Below are positions 58,765-64,000 of a DNA stretch of 64,000 bases, piece after piece. Positions within the stretch are counted from its first letter, which is position 1. Each line of letters starts with the position of its first letter. The DNA comes from an uncultured virus (IMG/VR IMGVR_UViG_3300025131_007349) (Duplodnaviria > Heunggongvirae > Uroviricota > Caudoviricetes): the IMG/VR virus record IMGVR_UViG_3300025131_007349; one strand, given 5' to 3'. The notes under the pieces are model-generated. The model saw only the letters and a list, made by a program, of their open reading frames with translations, searched no databases and had not been told where the DNA came from. The translations under genes and the position numbers were made by a program.

Positions 58765-60603
58765 ATGGGTGCTTTATTAGAATCAGGTTTAGTAGGTAAT
58801 ATCGGATTAAAACATCTTAAAGTTATTAGAGAAGACACTATTGAAAAATGGAACAAACTTGGATTCTTGGATGGTCTTAAAGGTCATACAAGAGAAAACG
58901 TTGCTCAGTTATATGAAAACCAAGCGACTCATTTAATCAATGAGGCGACACAAGCTGACGCATCAGGTTCATTTGAAACAGTTGTTTTCCCAATAATTAG
59001 AAGAGTATTTTCTAAATTACTAGCTAACGACATTGTATCGGTACAAGCTTTGAACTTACCAATTGGTAAATTGTTCTACTTTGTACCAAAAATTTCAGAC
59101 AGACGTTGGAGAGGAGCTTCGGACCCAACTTGGGGACACTTTGAACCTAAAGGGATGCCGGGCCAAACTAACGCAAACAGTCAAACTTATGACACAGTAA
59201 ACTTATACGACCAATACTATGAAGATGGTAGAGGATTATTCGATATCTCGAAAGGTAGATATTCAGGTGTATCACGTACAGCTGACTTTGTAACATGGAA
59301 CACTACTGGTGGAACTATGGAAAAAGCGGGTATATGGTACACTCTTACAGGTAGAACTCAGAGTGGAACGTATAATACTTACGACTGTCTTAATGGTGGA
59401 CTTAGAAGCTTACTTGTTAGAGTAGGTGGATTTTCAACTGCGGGAGCAGGTAAATTAATTGGTCCTAACGGTAACGAAATGGACACAGAAGAATTCTTAT
59501 CTTCATTAAAAGTTAGGGCTGCTGCGGCGGTAACTTGCTGTCCAACTGGTAGTACTACTCAAGTAGTTGCAGCTGGTGGATATGTACCATTTAGATTGGT
59601 AACTCAAAAATACGGTTCAGGTATTGTTGAGGGTAATCCAGGTACAGCTAAAGCTTATTGGCCAGGAAGAGACTCTACTTATGAAACAGTTTGTGACATA
59701 GAGGGTTACCTTTACTTAGAACTAGATTTATCATGTCCAGCATGTATTACATGTGAATCGGTAGATGGTTATGTTGGTGCTAATGTTACGTCGTCACTTT
59801 CGACTACTAACTTTACTGCTGAGTATAGAATTTACCAAGACCTTGAATTTGAGGATGAATTAGGAGAAGTATCATTTGATTTAGACTCTGTAACTGTTTC
59901 AGTAACAGAAAGAAAATTAAGAGCTACTTGGTCTCCTGAACTTGCACAAGACGTTAGTGCGTTCCATAACATTGATGCAGAAGCTGAATTAACAGCTCTA
60001 TTATCTGAAGAAGTTGCGGCTGAGATAGACCGTGAGATTCTTAAAGATTTAAGAGCAGCAGCATCTTGGACATTAAGATGGGATTACAACGGATGGAAAC
60101 GTTTCCAAGCAGGTCAAGCTCCTTATACTCAAAAAGACTGGAATCAAACTCTGATTACTGCTATTAACCAAATTTCAGCACAGATTCACAAATCTACGTT
60201 GAGAGGTGGTGCGAACTGGATTGTATGTTCATCAGAATGCTCGGCAATATTTGATGACTTAGAATACTTCCACGCTTCAAACGCAGCTCCAGACCAAGAC
60301 CAGTACAACATGGGTATTGAGAAGATTGGAACATTATCAGGTAGATATACTGTATATAGAGACCCTTATTTCCCAGCTAACAAAGTGTTAATTGGACATA
60401 AAGGGACATCTTTATTAGACACAGGATATATTTACGCTCCGTATGTACCATTACAACTTACACCAACTATGTATAATCCATTTAACTTTGCACCAATCAA
60501 AGGTATCATGACTAGATACGCTAAGAAGGTGGTTAACAATAGATTCTATGGAGCTATTACAATTGACGGTGTTAGAACATTTGACATTAGAGAACTTAGA
60601 TAA
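58765..60603 (+). CDS. major capsid protein (T4 gp23-like)
   Basis: LYENQ, IVSVQ, RKLRATWSPELAQD, IDAEAEL, EIDREI, YAPYVPL, GIMTRY. Confidence 0.97.
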   Translation: MGALLESGLVGNIGLKHLKVIREDTIEKWNKLGFLDGLKGHTRENVAQLYENQATHLINEATQADASGSFETVVFPIIRRVFSKLLANDIVSVQALNLPIGKLFYFVPKISDRRWRGASDPTWGHFEPKGMPGQTNANSQTYDTVNLYDQYYEDGRGLFDISKGRYSGVSRTADFVTWNTTGGTMEKAGIWYTLTGRTQSGTYNTYDCLNGGLRSLLVRVGGFSTAGAGKLIGPNGNEMDTEEFLSSLKVRAAAAVTCCPTGSTTQVVAAGGYVPFRLVTQKYGSGIVEGNPGTAKAYWPGRDSTYETVCDIEGYLYLELDLSCPACITCESVDGYVGANVTSSLSTTNFTAEYRIYQDLEFEDELGEVSFDLDSVTVSVTERKLRATWSPELAQDVSAFHNIDAEAELTALLSEEVAAEIDREILKDLRAAASWTLRWDYNGWKRFQAGQAPYTQKDWNQTLITAINQISAQIHKSTLRGGANWIVCSSECSAIFDDLEYFHASNAAPDQDQYNMGIEKIGTLSGRYTVYRDPYFPANKVLIGHKGTSLLDTGYIYAPYVPLQLTPTMYNPFNFAPIKGIMTRYAKKVVNNRFYGAITIDGVRTFDIRELR

Positions 60604-60627
60604 TCTTAAGTTTGATAGAATAAGAAG

Positions 60628-60654
60628 AAAAAGCCCCCTACGGGGCTTTTTTTT
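60628..60654 (+). terminator. intrinsic terminator after MCP
   Basis: AAAAAGCCCC-CTAC-GGGGCTTTTT. Confidence 0.85.
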
Positions 60655-60715
60655 ATGCCCACAAGTTTGACATACCATTTATTTTCCTTACTTTTTATTC
60701 AAACAACAGAAAAAT

Positions 60716-61948
60716 ATGAGCAAAATTAAAATACTAGTAATACCGAGTGACAGAACAGGTGTATCTAAATTTAGAAGTGTAGACCCTCATTTATCTTTAC
60801 AAAACTTATTTCCAGATGATTTTTGGGTTGATGTAGATTATGAACCACAGTTAGAGAATGATGAATATCTAAAACAATATGATATTATTCACTATCATAG
60901 AACTTTATCACCTAATTATGATTTATCTAAAAAAGTTGCTCCTAAACTGAAAAAGATGGGGATAACTAGTATTATGGATATAGATGATTACTGGTTACCA
61001 ACCATAGACCACCCAGCTCATATGATGGTAAAACAAAATAACTTAGATGAGTTAATCATGGAAAATATAAGATTAGCTGAACATGTTAATACAACCACAC
61101 CAATATTTGCTGATGAAATAAAAAAGTTAAATTCTTCAGTAGAAGTGTTTCCTAACGCTGTAGACCCTAGAGAGAAACAATTCCAATCAGATACACAAGA
61201 CTCTGATAGACTAAGGGTTGGATGGTTAGGAGGGTCTTCACATATGGAAGATTTAAGAATATTATCTGGGGTTGTAGGGAAATTACAACCATATATAGAT
61301 AAGTTACAATTTGTATTGTGTGGGTTTGACACTAGAGGAAGTATAACTTTTATAGACCAGGCAACAGGTGAACAGAAACAAAGACCAATTGAACCACATG
61401 AATCGATATGGTACAAATATGAAGAAATTTTTACTAATAAATTTACTACAGTTTCACCACAATATCATAAACATTTATTAAAATTTATTGATGAAGAATA
61501 TAATAATGAAGATGATGTACCTTATAGAAGAGTATGGACTAAACCTATTACCACTTATGCTTCTAATTATAATAAATTTGATGTGAGTCTTGCCCCAATT
61601 AAAGAACATACATTTAATAGAGTTAAATCTCAGTTAAAGGTTATTGAAGCTGGATTCCATAAGAAAGCATTAATTGCTCAGAATTATGGGCCATATCAAA
61701 TAGATTTAATAAACGCCGCTAAATACGGTGGTGGGTTTACTAATGAAGGGAACGCTTTATTAGTTGATACACATAAAAACCACAAGATGTGGGATAAACA
61801 CATAAAAACTTTACTAAATAACCCTTCTTTAAGAGAGGATTTAGGAGAGAGACTATATGAAACAGTTCAAAAATATCATATAGATGTGGTTACTAGAAAT
61901 AGAGCAGAATATTATAAGATGCTCGTAGATAAAAACAATAAAAACTAA
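60716..61948 (+). CDS. glycosyltransferase (GT-B, GT4-like)
   Basis: MDIDDYW, FPNAVD, VGWLGGSSH, DVSLAP...FNRVKSQLKVIEAG. Confidence 0.85.
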   Translation: MSKIKILVIPSDRTGVSKFRSVDPHLSLQNLFPDDFWVDVDYEPQLENDEYLKQYDIIHYHRTLSPNYDLSKKVAPKLKKMGITSIMDIDDYWLPTIDHPAHMMVKQNNLDELIMENIRLAEHVNTTTPIFADEIKKLNSSVEVFPNAVDPREKQFQSDTQDSDRLRVGWLGGSSHMEDLRILSGVVGKLQPYIDKLQFVLCGFDTRGSITFIDQATGEQKQRPIEPHESIWYKYEEIFTNKFTTVSPQYHKHLLKFIDEEYNNEDDVPYRRVWTKPITTYASNYNKFDVSLAPIKEHTFNRVKSQLKVIEAGFHKKALIAQNYGPYQIDLINAAKYGGGFTNEGNALLVDTHKNHKMWDKHIKTLLNNPSLREDLGERLYETVQKYHIDVVTRNRAEYYKMLVDKNNKN

Positions 61949-61953
61949 AAATT

Positions 61954-62199
61954 ATGTATTACCAAGCAATAGTCGCATTTGAAACGGGTGTTATAGACAA
62001 TAACGGGACCCCAAAAGTTAAAAAATTTAAATATATCTTAGAATCAGAATCTGTATTTGAGGCAACACAAAGAATGTCTTATTATTTAGCAGAAGACACT
62101 AGAGATTCTGAAATCGTGTCTTTAGTTAAAGCGCCTTATGAAGATATTATTCACCCACAACTAACCCCTAAGTATTATACCCAAAAAATAGAAGCGTAG
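61954..62199 (+). CDS. hypothetical protein
   Basis: 81-aa ORF. Confidence 0.6.
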   Translation: MYYQAIVAFETGVIDNNGTPKVKKFKYILESESVFEATQRMSYYLAEDTRDSEIVSLVKAPYEDIIHPQLTPKYYTQKIEA

Positions 62200-62293
62200 A
62201 CCGTTTAAAATAAAGTTTAATTAGACAATAATATAGTTTGATTTTACTGATAGTATTTGTTAGTTTTATAATAAAACATTTAAACCTAATATT

Positions 62294-63007
62294 ATGTCAG
62301 AAAACCTTAATAAACTACTATTCTTTAACATCGAAACCGCTGGGATAACTTCTAATCTAACCGAATTAAAAAGAGAATACCCTCTATTATATGATAGTTG
62401 GGAGAATAATGTTCTACAATATATAAGAAAATGGTTTACCGAGGACGATAACCTATCGTCTGAAGAAATTTTTATAAAAAGAGCCGCAGGAATACCAGAA
62501 TTTGCTAGAATTGTATGCATAAGTGCAGGATTTTTACAAACTGACAATACACCAAAAGTAGAATCCTACTATAATCTAAACGAGAAAGAAATAATAACTA
62601 AATTCAAAGGGTTACTAAATAAGGTAGACAATTTAGGATTTAAAATATGTGGTCATGAGATAAAATCATTCTCTATCCCCTGTGTTGCTAAAAGAATGCT
62701 TATAAATGGCATAAACCCACCACAAATATTTCCTAATCATGACACCAAACCTTGGGAGATTAGAGCTATAGACACAAAAGATGTTTGGGGTTTTGCTTCA
62801 GGCAGAGGCTTATATTCTTTAGATGTTATAACAGCATCTATGGGATTAAAAAAAGAAGAAAAAGAAAAAACAGTTAGTACAGAAAAAACACACCAACTGT
62901 ATTGGGAAGTTGAGAATACTGGAGAATGGGAGGCGATAAAAGACAGATGTGAGTCTAACCTTTTAGATGTGATGAGACTAATGTTAAAAATAAAATTATT
63001 GAAGTAA
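62294..63007 (+). CDS. PolB-type 3'-5' exonuclease-like protein with degenerate catalytic residues
   Basis: FFNIET, PEFARIVCIS, CGHEIKSFSIP, KPWE...IDT, RCESNL. Confidence 0.75.
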   Translation: MSENLNKLLFFNIETAGITSNLTELKREYPLLYDSWENNVLQYIRKWFTEDDNLSSEEIFIKRAAGIPEFARIVCISAGFLQTDNTPKVESYYNLNEKEIITKFKGLLNKVDNLGFKICGHEIKSFSIPCVAKRMLINGINPPQIFPNHDTKPWEIRAIDTKDVWGFASGRGLYSLDVITASMGLKKEEKEKTVSTEKTHQLYWEVENTGEWEAIKDRCESNLLDVMRLMLKIKLLK

Positions 63008-63013
63008 AATATT

Positions 63014-63625
63014 ATGAATAGTAAGACTAATAAGAAAATGAAAAGTACTTTATCTCAAATAGAAAAGTACGCAAGTGATAATTCTATGAGTGAGGCACCT
63101 ATAGAATTACCAAAAATTTTAGGGATAGACCTAGAAGAATTGGAAAAAACTTCTTTTATAACTGAGGAAGATATTCCAAAAATGGAGGTAAAGTATGTTA
63201 ATAAGTCCAATAACCAAGACCCAGAATACGCACATAAAGATGATAGTGGGTTTGACTTAAGAGCTGACTTAGATGAATCGACCACAATAAATCCACTACA
63301 AAGGAAACTCATCCCTACTGGCCTTTACTTTGAATTACCAGAGAATTATGAATTACAGGTAAGACCTAGAAGTGGGTTAGCTTTAAAACATGGTATAACA
63401 GTTCTTAATACACCAGGTACTGTGGATAGAAGTTATATAGGCGAGATAAAGGTCATACTAATAAATTTAGGTGATGTTCCTTTCATCATAAATCCTGGTG
63501 ATAGGATAGCTCAAGCAGTTTTAAATAATATTGTTAATACTAATTGGGCAAAATATATAAAAGTATCTAAACTAAAAAGTACTGATAGAGACACGGGTGG
63601 TTTTGGAAGTACAGGGATAAAATAA
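63014..63625 (+). CDS. dut: dUTPase
   Basis: SGFDL, RPRSGLALKHGITVLNTPGTVD, GDRIAQ, RDTGGFGSTG. Confidence 0.95.
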   Translation: MNSKTNKKMKSTLSQIEKYASDNSMSEAPIELPKILGIDLEELEKTSFITEEDIPKMEVKYVNKSNNQDPEYAHKDDSGFDLRADLDESTTINPLQRKLIPTGLYFELPENYELQVRPRSGLALKHGITVLNTPGTVDRSYIGEIKVILINLGDVPFIINPGDRIAQAVLNNIVNTNWAKYIKVSKLKSTDRDTGGFGSTGIK

Positions 63626-63629
63626 TATT

Positions 63630-64000
63630 ATGGGATTATCGGTAGTAGTAAGTACAAAGCAGAGAGATGAAGAATATGTTAGACATCTAAAGTCAACATC
63701 TGGGTTAAAAGATATAGAAATTATCATTTATGAAAATCCTGGGAAATATTCTTTAACAGAATTATATAATAAAGGATTAAAAGAGGCAAAAAATAATAAT
63801 ATAGTTTTTTGTCATGATGATTTAATCATTGAAACCAGAGGTTGGGCAAAAAAATTATTAAAATTAAAATCTAATAATCCAGATTATGGGATATTAGGTA
63901 TAGCTGGTACGACTGAACTACCAGAGAATGGTATGTGGTGGACTAATTGGGCCAAGATGATGGGAAGTGTATGGCATACACATGAAGGCAGAACATGGCA
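63630..64000 (+). CDS. glycosyltransferase family 2-like protein; runs off the window
   Basis: MGLSVVVST...SLTELYNKGLKEAKNNNIVFCHDDL...YGILGIAG. Confidence 0.8.
   Translation, partial: MGLSVVVSTKQRDEEYVRHLKSTSGLKDIEIIIYENPGKYSLTELYNKGLKEAKNNNIVFCHDDLIIETRGWAKKLLKLKSNNPDYGILGIAGTTELPENGMWWTNWAKMMGSVWHTHEGRTW

Noticed and set aside
51103..60603. Introns or inteins in terminase, portal or MCP
   Set aside because: Continuous ORFs of expected size with no intein splice motifs; the MCP insert looks like a surface domain.
1..64000. Stop-codon reassignment as seen in some Bacteroidetes megaphages
   Set aside because: Core genes are full length in the standard code, and TAG and TGA end genes at sensible positions (e.g. 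14743, 51062, 4942).

Overview
This is an AT-rich (about 30% GC) segment of a large T4-like (jumbo or mega) phage genome using the standard genetic code. The host is most likely a Bacteroidetes, judged from TAnnTTTG promoters, A-rich leaders without Shine-Dalgarno sites, and a T9SS type-B sorting domain. The right end holds the head module (large terminase, portal, prohead protease, scaffold, major capsid protein), followed by glycosyltransferases, a degenerate exonuclease and dUTPase. The middle holds tmRNA, a peptidase, two very large beta-helical fibre-like proteins, a ClpC / Hsp20-DnaK chaperone locus and a tRNA-like RNA. The left 29 kb interleaves plus-strand genes preceded by a TATTTAT motif (probable late promoter) with mostly minus-strand accessory genes (guaB, DNA ligase, CAP, CDGSH, PspC, GT10, tRNA-Arg). 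The main leads are: (1) a family of cleavable-looking N-terminal leaders on unrelated proteins, plus two proteins that copy the mature capsid N-arm, suggesting a head-cargo addressing system; (2) a strongly enriched [ST]-[GA]-x-[ST] motif in virion-surface proteins alongside three glycosyltransferases; (3) a three-gene T9SS-substrate operon; (4) a 38-aa AccB N-terminus mimic; (5) a tmRNA with an atypical 22-aa tag; (6) a 74% GC multi-hairpin element. All calls come from reading motifs by eye; no database searches were run.
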